Positions 1 through 13,063 of a DNA stretch of 64,000 bases are shown here, piece by piece. Made by a program: the position numbers and the translations under genes. Source of the DNA: Glaucostegus cemiculus. Lineage: Eukaryota. The notes beneath the pieces are model-generated. The model did not search any database. It saw only the letters and a list, made by a program, of their open reading frames with translations, and was not told the origin of the DNA. Every line of letters starts with the position of its first letter. Position 1 is the first letter of the stretch. Location of the stretch: contig CDPCPM010000026.1 in assembly GCA_976551045.1 (NCBI GenBank), positions 14,384,001-14,448,000 of the forward strand. The letters run 5' to 3'.

Positions 1-680
1 AGGAGGTTTTGAGCACATCCTTGAATCTGCCAGCTAACATACTCCCATGACAGAGCTCAGAACAGAGCTTCTGTTTCAGGAGACACAAGAGAGTGCAGAT
101 GTTGGAATCTGGAGCTGAAAACAATCTTCTGGAGGAACTTGGCAGGTCGAGCAGCATCTGCAGGGGGGAGGAATTGTCGATAGTTCATGTTGATGATTCC
201 CTTCTCCCCCACAAATACTGCTCAACCCATTAAGTTCCTCTAGCAGTTTGTTTTAAGTTTCTGCCTCAGGAGTCTGATCTCAGGCATGTAAATTATTTGG
301 CTTCCCAATGTAGTTGACTAAGTGTACCCATGGACTCTGCTGGGAATGTTGGTGTGGGAGAGGACAACGACATTGGCTTGTTTATCCTTCCAGTGAACTT
401 TGAGAAGTTTGCAGACTCAGCATTGGCGATAACTCTCCAGTACCTCAGCTGCTTGCTGTAGGTAATCCAGTGTTCAGAAACATAGAGGCAGTTAGTGATG
501 GCTGCTGTTCAGTAGACCATGAGTTCTGTGCCAAGTCTAAGGTCTTGATGTTCAAACAAACTTTTGTTCAATTGACCAAAGGGTGGTTGATGAACTAAAG
601 GTGCTGGTGAATTTCATTACTGATGCCTGCCTTCATTGAGATCTCCTCAAGACCTGCAGCAAGCTAAGAGGAAAGGTGCA
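1..680 (-). mobile_element. RTE-clade LINE fragment (post-RT C-terminal region), decayed, interrupted by an insertion at 83-255
   Basis: Minus-strand translation with stops/frameshifts: FGQLNKSLFEHQDLRLGTELMVY..LYVSEHWITYSKQL..KLLKVHWKDKQANVVVLSHTNIPS..QLHW..MPEIRLLKQKLCSE..RFKDVLKTS. This follows the RTE pattern FGRL..VF..TK..VY..LYG.E.W..QLRWAGH..RMPD.RLPKQ..Y.EL. Confidence 0.85.
83..255. mobile_element. Penelope-derived short palindromic element inserted into the RTE
   Basis: Left arm ctggaggaacttggcaggtcgagcagcatctg is imperfectly complementary to right arm aaatactgctcaacccattaagttcctctag. Related to the terminal repeat of the Penelope at 21186. Probable 17-bp TSD at 66-82 / 256-272. 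Confidence 0.75.
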
Positions 681-907
681 AAGAATTCCAATGCATACAT
701 CCTCAATTCCAGTTCCCAGGTTCTGTGCCAGAAGTCTTTGATCTCCCTTACCTAGACAGCAGGAGGCCCATCTATTTAGAATAAGAATTGTGAAGAGCAT
801 GCCTCCACATCCAAGCACTCCAATCACTTCAGTCTCTTTCCTTCCCTTGTAACAAGTGCTGTTCTACTAATCACAAGAGTACGTGGTACCAAGTCTCCTC
901 ATGCACA

Positions 908-2235
908 ATGGTGCCACAGCATTTAAGTTAATAGACAAGTCACTATGGGAGCCTAGATGAACAAATCAGTGACTTCATATTTAAACTTCAATCGAAATTT
1001 AAATTCAGATAACGGTCTAGATTTGGGGATAATAGTATCAACTAATCTTAGTAATGATAACCATAAAATCTACCAGATTATCATGAAAGTAAACAAGTGA
1101 TTCTCAGGGAGGAAAGTTGCCATCCTTGTCTGGTCTGGTCTATATTTGACTGCAGTCTCACTGGTGTAGCGGCTAGCATAACGCTATTACAGTGCCAGTG
1201 ACCCAGCTTCAATTCTGGCCTCTGTCTGTAAGGAGTTTGTACGTTCTCCCTGTGCTTGTGTGGGTTTCCTCCAGGTGCTCCGGTTTCTTCCCACATTCCA
1301 AAGACGTACAGGTTAGGGAGTTGTCGTCATGCTATGTTGGCGCCAGAAACGTTGCGGACTACCCCCAGAATACTCTACACAAAGCTGCATTTCACTGTAT
1401 GTTTTGATGTGACTGATAAAGATACCTTACCTTATCTTATGTGGTTAACACTGGAAAATCCTAGCAAGCCATTCAGTTATACCATTACTACCACATTCAG
1501 AGAAAGAATAAAAGCAGACAGACCACCCAGCATCAACCTTGGCACCAAATTCAAGCTTGACAAAGTCACCCCCAGCTGAGTTGACATTATAAAATCATCC
1601 TTATAAGCTTCTGTGGACTGGTAGTTGAATTGGGAGAGCTGTCCCACAGATTCATCAAGCAACAGCAAAACATAATGCGAATCACAGAATCTTAGCCTCC
1701 AAACAATGTGCCAGGATCCTCCATCACAATCCCAGGGTACATCCTTCCCTGCTGACAGGACAGATCCGCCAAGGGTGGCAGCACAGTGGTATAAAGATCG
1801 GAAGGAGTCACCTTGGAGCCCTCAGTGTAGTCACCAGACCTCATAAAGTTTCATGGCATCAGGTCAAACATGGGCAAGGAAACCTCCTCCTGTGTACCAT
1901 CCACCCTCAGCTGATGAATCAGTGTTCCTCCATATTGAACAATACATGTAAGAAGCACTGAAAGTAAAAATGGCACAAAATGAACCCTGGGTGAGGGATT
2001 TCAATGCCTATCACCATGAGTGGCAGAGATCACCACAGGATTGCCAGACTGGGTCTACAGCAGACAGTGAATAAACCAAGGGATCTACCTGTTTGACCTC
2101 ATCCTGACCAGTCTATCGATGATAATGCATCAGTAGAAGTGACCATGAAACACTCCTCAGGGAGACAAAGTCCAATCTTCACACCAAGGATATCTTCCAT
2201 CACGTTGTTCAGCATTGTCAGCAGAAGTGACAGAT
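908..2235 (+). mobile_element. CR1-group LINE, 5' part: SINE-like head/5'UTR followed directly by a decayed APE endonuclease domain
   Basis: From ~1630: GELSHRFIKQQ..ITES..SITIPGYIL..QDRSAKGGSTVV..SWHQVKHGQGNLLL..PSADESVFLHIE..EEALKV..WVRDFN..FDLILT. These are APE motifs TES, DR..GG, GDFN and LDL.LT. The 5' part matches the short elements at 39575 and 40735. Confidence 0.8.
1163..1440 (+). mobile_element. tRNA-derived V-SINE (HE1-like) with (ATCTT)n tail, nested in the LINE 5'UTR
   Basis: A-box-like ggtgtagcggctag, B-box-like cttcaattct, V-domain gtttgtacgttctccctgtg..gggtttcctccaggtgctccggtttcttcccaca, tail ccttaccttatcttat. Paralogous to 25388 and 63553. Confidence 0.9.
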
Positions 2236-2779
2236 GTCATTTTAGACTCCAATGACCTGTTCACCAATGATCTTGCCTCAAATTTGGCCCAGTGATTGAA
2301 CAAAGAGTTCAATTCCAGAGATGGGTATGAATCCTTAATGAATTGTCACTGGTAAGTCTTGGATTCCACCTCATCAGAGACTCCCAGTTTGGTATAATTA
2401 AAAACACTCTTTTGTAATATAATTACTTAACATTGCTATTTGTCTTGTGATCTTGTGATCTTGTGAAAATCAGGGTCACATCTAACCAAATGTAGCAGTA
2501 GGGAGCTCTGGTAAAACTGGATTCAAATTCTCATCCAGGAGAGAGTACTCTGATGATTGGAGTCATATTTCAAACAAAGCAAGCTGGTTGTTGTTCTTAC
2601 TCAACAATATTGCTAACTGCTTTAACATGTTTATTGGAGTCAATTTCTTTCATGGGCTCACTTCACCATTCTGCTCAGAACTTGCCATTTCTCTTTCTCA
2701 ACATGTACAGTGTGAAGAAGAAGCAAAAGCAAACATGCTGGAAGAATTCACCCAGTCAAGCAGCACAAATGCAGTTTTA

Positions 2780-2965
2780 TGCAGCTGCCTTAATTTCCTC
2801 CGTACCTGTTGCCCTCTGATATACCTGTGGTCCTCCAGTATCAGATTCTAATTCATTCCTGATATTAGTTGCTCACTGCTGGCAGAGTGCCTTCAGCTGC
2901 CAAGTCCTGGAATTGTATCCTGCTATATTTCTTCCTCGCCAATTCTCTTTCATCCTTTTAGACAC
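2780..2965 (+). mobile_element. L2-like LINE 3' end fragment
   Basis: ggcagagtgccttcagctgccaagtcctggaattg..tcatccttttagacac resembles the L2 C-terminal RAFS...P.LWN.LP region. Confidence 0.5.
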
Positions 2966-4532
2966 CATTCCCAATGTTCTGGAAGCTCACAGAACATTGG
3001 ATTGTGTGTGCAAGACAAGCTGACGCAGAACCATTAGGGGAATGAGGTGCTGCTCCAGAAGAACATCCTTGGCTCGGTGGGTAAGCCATTTGCTGAACCC
3101 TCTCATGGTGACAGCTTATCCTCTGCCTTATCAGACACTCCAATGGTCAATTGATAGGTGTCACACAGCCAGCGGGACCAGACAACCCAGGCTCATGGTG
3201 AGACGCTCCTGTTGCTTAGGGACACAAATTTATCCTTCATGGGACATTGTTTCTGTGAAGGACAACTCTGTGCTCACAGGCACCATTGTTCACTTCTATC
3301 CACCCGATAACCAACACAGAAATTAGATCCTGTTGCCAACCAGGTGCTCAAGCCAGAATCTGCTCATGGTCACCATGGCTGTCTGAAATGTGCTCAACAT
3401 AAACTCAGCAGGCTTTCACCTACTAAGTAGTAACCATAGGGCATGTCAGTGAGTTCACAAGACAGGGAGTAGAGTAATTCCTATTTATTGCTGTTAAATA
3501 TTTTAGTGTTATTTAAAACAGAGATCGTGAACAATTCATCTCCACTTTATAACACTGAAATCACAATCATGATAGTGAAAGTGCATTCTGCTTGGTCTCT
3601 GAAATTCAGCTCCGTTGATGTTAATGAAACCAGAAGACAATGGACTACAACCACTGTACAGTGCATTTAGTGCGATGAACAAGGGAGTGATGAGCCATTC
3701 CCGCTGGCTTAATAAAGGTGCGCCAGGTTACCACTTGAAATATATCAGGGGATATGTTTCAATATAATTTTGTTTTTAGAAAGATATCCAATTCTAAAAC
3801 CCTGTCTGTTGGCCTGATTGTGTTGGTTCAAACCAGACTTTACTTTTGGTGAAATGCAAATGTTTTTAAGCAAAAACTTAAGGGGAAAAATCACTTTGCA
3901 GAACTGGTGTATCATTGAAGATGGATATGGAGAAAACTGCAGGCCCAGCTGCTTAGAAGGCAGCCAAATATCATCTGTCAGACATAATTCAATCAGAAAA
4001 CAAACCGCAAGATGTACAGAAATTAATCAGCTGACTCAAATGACAAACCTGCAAATAAGCCATGAATGGTGGACAAACCTTTTAAGTAGCATTACTAATA
4101 ATATTACAGAAGGCCCTTCCTGCCAGTTAGCACCAGGAGTTGCTGAGCAAGTTTGTCATGTGACAGGTTCATCTCTGGGGCACACAAATATCAGAGAAAG
4201 GCCCTATAGCAAAGATTGAACACTAATTTGAATTTTACTTGAGAGAGTATGCTTCACTCTTTGATGGAAGGTGACTCAGTCAGTGCCCTCTTAACCACAA
4301 TATGAATCACAATAACGTTGCAGAAGTATTTTTAAGACTTCACAAGGTGACTAATGTAAATAAAGCATAAACAGCCATGCAGATCATGAACTGATTTTCA
4401 GGGCTTAACTGACAACCACACTACCACACCCACACAGTGCAAGAGAGATAAAACAGACAAAACAAAAAATTGCACAAGCAGAAGATTTTCAATACTTTTA
4501 TCTTCTTTGCTATCCTTGCTACAGTGTCTGTC

Positions 4533-4961
4533 TACAATATGAGGAGCGTTTGATGTCTCTGGGCCAGCACTTGATGGAGTTCAGTAGGGTGAGGGGGGGA
4601 TCTCATTGAAACCTACCAAATACTGAAAGGCCAGGATGGAGTGGACATAGAGAAGATGTTCCATTAGGAGAGAGTCTCAAATCTAAGGGAACAGCCTCAG
4701 AATAAAGGGGTGTCCCTTTAAAACTGAGATGAGAAGGAATTTCTTCAGCCAGAGACTGGTGAATCTGTGGAATTCATTGCCACAGAGGGCTGTGAAGGCC
4801 AAGCCATTGGGTGTATTTAAGGCAGAAATTGGTAAGGGAGTTAAGGGTAATTGAGAGAAAGCAGAAGAATGAGGCTTAATAAAAATCAGCCAAGATTGAA
4901 TGGCAGAGCATACTTGATGGGCCAGATGGCTTAATTCTGCTCTTTATGGTTTTATGGTATT
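4533..4961 (+). mobile_element. CR1 LINE 3' end
   Basis: YEERL..LG..EF.RVRGDLIETY.ILKG..RRNFFSQRLVNLWNSLP, then a 3'UTR hairpin (gatgggccagatggcttaattctgct) and a (TTATGG)n tail. Confidence 0.9.
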
Positions 4962-5154
4962 ATAGTATGTAGACTTTACAATCCTGCTACCAGTAATGGT
5001 GTATATAAGAATAAGCAGGATAATCCATACAGACTCTGCCATTGAGTAAGATCATGACAGATTGTTTACCCCAGTTCTACATCCTATACTGATGTTATGT
5101 TTCTTGATTCCTTACTTCCCAACCCTTTACCTCTAGGGATCATTGCAACAGTGA

Positions 5155-5775
5155 GAGTCAGAGACACATAGTGCAGAAACAGGCCCTGCCACCACTGAGT
5201 CCATGCCAACCCTCACCCACCCACTTGTACTAATCCAGCATTAATACCATTGCTTTTTGTTTTGCCCATATTCCCATCAACTCCCTCCAGATTCTACCAG
5301 TCACACTAGGGACAATTTACAGTGGCCAATTAACCTACCAACCTGCATGTCTTTGGGATGGAGGAGGAAACTGGAGTATCCAGAAGATACCCACATGGTC
5401 ACAGACAGAACATACAAGCTCCACACAGACAGTACACAAGGGCACGACAGCGCAGCGGTTAGCGCGATGCTTTTACCGCGCCAGCGATCGTGGTTTGATT
5501 CCCGTCGCTGACTGTAAGGAGCTTGTACGTTCTCCCGTATTTGCGCGGGTCTCCTCCGGGTGCTCCGGCTTCCTCCCACATTCTAAAAGCCGTATGGGTA
5601 GGCTAATTTGTGGGTTTAAAATGGACGGCGCGGACTCGTTGGGCCGAAAGGGCCTGTTACCATGCTGTAAATAAAATAAAATTTCAATTTAAAAAAATAT
5701 AAATTTAAAATTAAATTTAAGGTCAGGATTGAATTTGGGTCTCTGGTGTTATGAGGCAGCAGCTCTACCAGCTGC
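5155..5775 (-). mobile_element. Older V-SINE split by a younger V-SINE (host parts 5155-5440 and 5721-5775)
   Basis: Reverse V-domain gtctttgggatggaggaggaaactggagtatccag..ctccacacagacag resumes after the insert as ggtcaggattgaatttgggtctctgg (B-box). CR1-type tail at the left end. Confidence 0.85.
5441..5720 (+). mobile_element. Young CpG-rich V-SINE with AT-rich tail
   Basis: ggcacgacagcgcagcggttagcgcg head, ggtttgattcc B-box, V-domain, CR1-like hairpin gggccgaaagggcctgtt. Many CpGs are intact. Confidence 0.9.
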
Positions 5776-7779
5776 TGTTATCAAACTATGGTAAGCAGCC
5801 AATCACACTGAAGACTTCTCATCGACATTAACCCAGGAGGGAAAGAAATATCACAAGTTTTTTAGAAAATATTTTAAGATATTTTACAGAGCACAAAAAA
5901 TAATGAAATATACTCACTAGATTCTGGCCAAACATGAACAATCATTAATAAACATAAAATTATTTAAAATTACATTAGTGTTAATTAGTTTGCTCAATAA
6001 TTATGGCTCAGTACCCCATTAATGACTCATCGATGCCATGCAATAACATGTTAACATTCTTGCATTGAGGCTGGTTTGTAAATACTTAAAATTTACCATA
6101 ACTATGGTCGAGAAACTTAAAAAAACAGCATGTGGAGGATTAGGAGTCACTGACAGCTACTTTGGGCTTTCCTTGTTAATTTATGCCTGCAAGGATATTC
6201 AAAAGTTTCAAGGGATAATGATGGTGGACACTGATAATTCATTGATAATTGCCAAATTAGCACATCCTTTGGGACTGGTGACTTGGATACCATATCAATT
6301 CCACCTACCAATATCATGCAAAATCACCCATTTAATGTCTTAATACAGTTGCTTATGCTAAATCAGCATTAATTTGAAAGCAGACTAACTGAGAAGAAAG
6401 ATAGAAGCTGCACACATACAATTTGTTATCAATGACTTCAATGGAGTTAAATTTCAGATGTGCTGAACAACACAGTCAGTGTTATATTGTGCTGTTAGCA
6501 CAAACACCAGGTATAAATTTCTGCCCCAATGTATTGCCTCCTTTGTTGATTGATTTTTCTCTTGGACATCTATTGCAAGCAATGATGTGTTACTTCATTA
6601 TAGCAAACCATTCAGTTTCACTAAAACGTGGAGTTCTGCATGTATGCTATATAGTCTCCATTTTTTTGTTGCCTTCACTTCCAAAGTTCAATTGTCTCAT
6701 TTTCACTTTTACAGTGGTGTCTTTGAATAAAATCAGCTTACTTCCCATTAACTATCTTAAATTACATGTGGGAGTGGAATTGACAGCAGCACACATACCA
6801 ACTTTCAAGACTTGGAAAAGCTGACGAACAGCTTCAAAAAGAGCTGACAACTAAAAACCATTGCACAATTGAAAAGCAGCCCCAAATAAGGCCTAATACC
6901 AAGGCAACTGAATAAATTAAATATCTGATATTGTATTGGAATTCAGGATTTTTATTAGCATTGTGGGATTGCATCCTCCAATTCAGGAGCTTCTTTATCT
7001 GTGAATATTAAAATTCACTTTGTGTACAGAAAGAAATATTCCATATGGGGTTCATGGTGGATGTACATACCATGTACCTGCACCCCATTATTTGAATTAT
7101 TCAAAGATAAAAATGTACATATAATTGCATTTTTTAGCAGCAGAGGATTTTAAATTTTTGAAGGGAAAAATGAGCTCAATTGACTAAACAATATTTTTAA
7201 AGAGGAATCTGGAGTTTACAAGTTGGGAATTTTGATGTCTTTAGTCATAGTCATCGAGTAATTTAGTGTGGAAACAGGCCTTTCGGCCCCATCCTTCATT
7301 TTCTTCATGAGGAAAATCTATAAGTAGCTATTTTAACAGCTTCACATTTGGTAATACACAGGTGCCAGTGAATTTGCATTCTTAATTTCTAGAACCAATA
7401 TCTTTATAGGAATGATCTGTTTCGCTTTCAAAGCGTAAAGGAAGACCAACGTCTGGTCAAAGCATCGCAAATGACAACAAGGACTGAACAACACAAGCAA
7501 AACAAGCAAGAATGATCAACACAAAATTTATTGCTTACAGGTAATTACATATTTTGGACTATGTAACAAAGCATAAAATCAGGCCAATTGACTCAACTGA
7601 CCCTTGTTGTTGCACTCATGAAAAACCGATAAACATATTTTCAGATCTTATTTTTAATATTTTACTGTGATTTTCCATATGAAGTTTCTTCTAACTGGAA
7701 TATCATAGTGCATTGTTTCCCTAGTTTTTCCATTGGATGAGCTAAGCTGCTGCACTGGATGGGAAAGGCCTTTAAACTC

Positions 7780-8400
7780 AAACAGTTTCACTGTATCTTG
7801 CTCATTGCACTTGCCGAGGAAGGTGCTGTAGAAGGAGAGAGGGTGCTTGAGATGATTCTAATGGGGGCATTACCTCAGGTTGTCACTGAGATAATGCTCC
7901 CATTGGAATGCCATAAGTAGAGGAGAAATTATGGTGACAAAAATGATGGGTGATAATCTGTTGAAAGTGGAGGCTGGTGGGGAATGCCTTTACCAACTCC
8001 ATATTTTCCTTTCTCTTCCCAAAGCATTTTCCCATTCAATTACAGAAGTTGCAAAACCATCCCTTCCACCTCCTGCTTTCCCACTATTCAAAGACCCAAC
8101 ACTCCTTATGGCAAAATATGTAGATGTATTCCTTTCACCTTTATTTACTGTACTCAACATTCCCCATCCATTGTCTTCTGTATTAAAAAGACCATATTGG
8201 GCTTGGATGAGTATTTGGGAAACATATTCACTCAATCTATAAGCTTGAGCCTAAGCTTTCTGTTTCCTGTTATCTTAGTTTTCTGTAACACTGATATTTT
8301 GATTTTTTTTCTTTGTTTTCAGCCTCCTCCTGCACAGCAGAGAGAGGGTTAATAGAGAGGGTGGTGTAGGTGGGAACATCGGTGGTTGGGCTGGTGTCAG
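7780..8400 (+). pseudogene. Possible decayed Harbinger Myb/SANT gene remnant (two exons)
   Basis: QFHCILLIALAEEG..RVL..PLECHK* resembles F...L..LVEEV..QCRKK. A strong acceptor tttttttctttgtttttcag ends at 8322 and is followed by LLHSRERVNREGG, like the NRRE..TGGG motif. Confidence 0.3.
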
Positions 8401-8811
8401 GCATGTTACTGGATGTCAGTGGCGGGAAAGGACCCATGAACAGATAGTGGTGGTAGGGGATTTCTGATCTGGAATCATGCCAGGGCCTGATGGAGGGAAT
8501 GAGCAGAAGGGATGGGAATGATCACAAAGGAAAATACTTTAAAGAGGAAGTGGACAATTTTTGACTCTACAGTAGTGGAGTAATTTAATTTTAATTTAAC
8601 CTAAAGCAAGCCTCATCTCCTCCAGTTAAGGCCTGCTTTGATATGATTGGCATGTGCATTCACATGCCTAACATGCACAAAGCATTTCCTACAAGCAACA
8701 TCAATATGTGTATTACATGCTACATGATATCTCCATATATGCCAGTGGCTGCCATGTGTAAACTCTTCATTACAGAGGAGTCCAAATCAAATTTACATAA
8801 AATTCAGTCAC

Positions 8812-9472
8812 ATCATAGAACATAGAACATTACAGCACAGTACAGGCCCTTCAGCTCACAATGTTGTGCTGACCTGTTAGCCTACTCTAAGATCAATCTA
8901 GCCCTTCCTTCCCACATACCTCTCCATTTTTCTATTATCCATGTGCCTACCTAAGAGTCTCTTAAACGTCCCTAATGTTTCTGCCTCTACCAGTACCCCT
9001 GGCAGCACATTCCATGCACCACCACTCTCTGTGTAAAAGACCTACCTCTGATATCCCCCCTGTACTTTCCTCTAATCACTTTAAAATTATGCCCCCTCGT
9101 GTTCTCATGTTAGCCATTTCTGCCCTAGGGAAAAGTCTCTGACTGTCCACTCAATCTATGCCTCTTATCATCTTGTACACCTCTATCAAGTCACCTCTCA
9201 CCCTCCTTTGCTCCAAAGAGAAAAGCCCTAACTCGCTCAACCTATCCTTATTATCCTGGAAGCATCCTGATAAATCTCCTCTGGACCTTTCCTAAAGCTT
9301 CCACATCCTTCCTTTTGTGAGGCGACCAGAACCGAGCACAATATTCTCAGTGTGGTATAACCCGAGTTTTATAGAGCTGTAACATTGCCTCATGGCTCTT
9401 GAACTCAATCCCCCAGCTAATGAAGGCCCACACCTCATACACCTTCTTAACAACCCTACCAACTTGTGTAGC
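8812..9472 (-). mobile_element. CR1 LINE 3' portion
   Basis: (CATAGAA)n tail at left, acaggcccttc hairpin, reverse of RGDLIEVYKMIRGIDxVDSQRLFP and LYxTxVxPHxEYCxxFWSP. Confidence 0.9.
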
Positions 9473-12269
9473 ATGTCTGCAAAAATATTCTCAGACAAGT
9501 TAAAGAGCGTAAAATGGTGAGTTATTCCATCTGGGGTAAAACAGCATATTTAGTAGTCTGAGATCTTATTTTACTGGCTGAACATACAGGTGGACTGCAG
9601 TAAATACACAACATGAGCCAGAGAGGTGAATCAGGAACAGCGTTTTAGTAAAAGGGGTAAAAATGCATGTTTAAAATTATTCTTAAACATAAGAACTGCA
9701 AACTTATTTCATTTTTCCCCTGGGAATTTCCATGCTGCAGGATAAAGTCTTATACAGAAGTAAGGACTGACCATTGCCTTAGGAATGGAGCAGTAAAGGA
9801 TGGCAGAGGCAAACGGAACATTTCTTATCAATCTCAAACAAGGAAAACCAAGCAGGTCACAGGTGCAAACAATATTATTAACTCTAGTATCTTTAATATG
9901 GAGAATGAATAGGGCACAGAGTTGCACCAGCTATATTTTAATTGTCCTGTGATTAGAAACTAACAGCAAAATAAAATTTAATGCTGGCATATGTCAGATT
10001 AAAATATGTAAGTTCATAACTAGATTGCTAGCATCGGTGCATAATCTAATCAGGGTAATTATCTTTCATAGCAATTGCATTTATAATTAATCTATTCTGC
10101 AAAAAATATCACTAAATATGAATATACAAAAATGCATACACACTATATATATATATTTTTTATATATGAAGAAGGCCAGTTTTAATATTAACTAAATCCA
10201 AACATCATTAAATGATATATCAGGTAACTATCAATATTTGTTATGAGAACATTCATTCAACTGGAAGGAAATGTTAAGAATAGATTTGGTGCTTTACACT
10301 AATTAAAAGGTTTATAAAGTTAGAACTGAGGAGGGGGCGGGGCAATATCCTGTTAAACTGCATACATTTGTCCTGCTTTATCTTGGAACTTACTCTGTGT
10401 ATTGTAGTAGCATATAATTGGCAGAATGTGACATCTTTGTCTGCAAATCTCTCGATAAATGGAGCATATTTCAGCCTTTATCTAGTGACGGCTGTTACCT
10501 GAGAGAATCGCAGGGCCATCTCTGAGGGCTTGTAGTGGCTAATTGTGCCTGTTAGGACTAGCAATTAGTGGAGAATATCTTGCACTAGGCAGATCCAACA
10601 CCCACTAGCTTTCAGTTCCTTTCAACTAACTAGCTCTGCCTAATACAGAAGACAAAGGACAGGTGGGCAGGTCTTAAGACAGCACTGCATAGTTTCACCG
10701 AATGGTTGGAATAGACGAGGACAGGCAGAAAGAAACACAAGGACCCAATAATGAGAACAGACAGAAGCAATGCACCAGCACTTCTATACTGTGCACTTTG
10801 CCAAGAATAAAACCTGAAGAATATGTAAGTGACATGGTACATTTTCTCAAGCACAGATGATACTTGAAGATGCACTGACTCAGTATGAACTGATTAGCCT
10901 CAGCAGAAAAAAGAAGGTATACAGCAGCACTGCCAGTGGTGGTTTAAAGGCCAAAACTTTAGGGATCACAAGGTGACAACATAGAAATCCACAGAGAAAA
11001 TAGTGTAATGACACTTAGGGACAGAGAAAATGGTTTTCCACAGTACACCTGCAATTAAAAACTATAATGCATCAAGTTTTTAATATATTATTGTGCATTT
11101 GAGTGTGGAATAAAGCATTGAAAATTGTTTTAATTGCCTCTGACTTTACAGAATATGCCAGCAAAGACCTACTAGCTATGTGGTGAAAGAATCTGGACCT
11201 CAACAATATGTTGTTTTACTAACTGGTACACTGGGTCTAATGTAGTATTACTATGCAAAGGGGCAACCAATTTTGGCAAGTTCTATTATCATTATAGGAC
11301 TTTCTAAACTACCACAGTTGACCATATGTTCTCCAAAACTGAGAGCAAACTGACAGATAAGCAGGAACACAAAGTACTTGGTGTAAAACTCCATATGCAA
11401 CATGTTGATTTGCACTGTTTTCAGAGCAGTCAGGGACTCAGAATCAGGCCATCGAAGCTGACCATATGGAAGGGCGGGATTTAATTGGTAATACTGAAGA
11501 AAGCAATTGCTCCATCTGCACTACATGCAGGTGTTTTGAGTGACTATCTTATTAGTCTTATCTGCTAAATTCTTACTTGATGGGATTTTCAGTACCTAGG
11601 GCCTTACTAAGAATAAACGGAGTGGAACAGGAGCCATACTGCAAACTTGCCCATAAAGCAACTCACTGGCAAATTTCTAAACAGCAAATCTGCATACTCA
11701 ATTGGCATATTTAAATGAGGCTGCTTCAGATCTTCAGTCTTCCCAACAGAAGGTTAAGGTTAAATCTGTAACAACCTGCTTCAGATCAACAATTAACAGC
11801 TAATTTACATTGCCAGAGTCTAGTTTTCAAACAAAGTCTCTGTCCCAGATCTCACAGGTAGATTGGATGGCAAAAATTGTAACAGAAGTAGAAACTCTGT
11901 ATTTTATTCTATTGAAAATTACTATTTAGTTAAATTATTTCAATTATATATTTTCTAAAATGCTGAATTTTTGCACATATTTCAGGAAGCGTTCATTATA
12001 TCTTTGAGTGTTTGAATGATATACAGCATGGAAATAAGCATCTTTCAATGTTATAGGTCTGGAGACTTAAATGCACTGAAGTTACTCACCATGGCTACTT
12101 CACCAGTACTTCTTAAACCTACACCTTCTGTCAGGAAGATGCTGTCTCTTTTGGAAGTCAATCATCATGGTGCCAGGATGTTGCTGTGGCATTTCAATAG
12201 GCAGTGTCTAAGAGCCAAATATCTTTAGCTGTTTCACCAATAACTTTCCTTTCATCATATGGTCAGGAG

Positions 12270-13063
12270 TGCGAACGTTCACTAATGTTCAACTCCTCAG
12301 ACAATGAAGGAGCACGTGCCTGCATGCAGGAAGATCTGGAGAATAGTTAAGCATCTGAAAAGGGGCAAGTAACATTCAGACACACACGTGCCAAGCATTG
12401 ATCATCTCCAATACAACAAAATCTAACCACTACTCTTGACATTCAATGAAATAACCACTATTGTGTCTGACATCAACAACATCGTGTAGTTATTAGTGGC
12501 CAATTACATTAAATGCTGTTGCTGCAAGAACAGGTCAGAGGTTGAGAGGCTTTCTTCCTGACTCAAAGCTTTTCTAATATCTATAAGGCATCAGTCAAAA
12601 AAGTGATAGGATACTCTCTACCTAAAAAGCTTGAACCAATCCTAGACATAGGAAGCTGCTTGGTACCCAATCCATCATTTCTAACATTCACCTCTTCTAT
12701 CACTGGTGCAATGTGACTGCTATCTACAAATTACACTGCAGTTGCTGAGCAAGTTTAACCCAACAACATCTCCCACACCCTATCACCAAGAAGGACAGAG
12801 GCAGCAGGTACATGGGAATACATCACTGCAGGTTCCCCCTCCCACTGCCCCAGACTGTGCACCATCCTGAGTTAGAAATATCCCACTGACCCTTTGATGT
12901 TTCTGGTGTAAATCATGGAACTCCCTCCCTAACAGCACAGTAGAAGGACCTTCACCCAAAGTACTGCAGCAATTCAAGAAGGTAGCTCACCACCACCTTT
13001 CCGAGGGCAGTGAGAGATGATAGTCTTACCTGGATCACACGTATCCCATAAATAAATAAATAA
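12270..13063 (+). mobile_element. CR1-group LINE 3' part (RT end + 3'UTR), probably the same family as 908-2235
   Basis: SSDNEGARACMQEDLEN..QVTF..CQALIISN. 3' end aaatcatggaactccctccctaacagcac..ttcaagaaggtagctcaccaccacctt..tatcccataaataaataaa. Confidence 0.8.

Noticed and set aside
1163-1235. tRNA genes at SINE heads
   Set aside because: Only A/B-box remnants followed by a SINE body, with no complete cloverleaf.
1081-1579. Recurrent small ORFs (MWEETGAPG.., VRSLYVLPV..) also near 5.3k, 25.4k, 54.6k and 63.6k
   Set aside because: Translations of V-SINE sequence, not genes.
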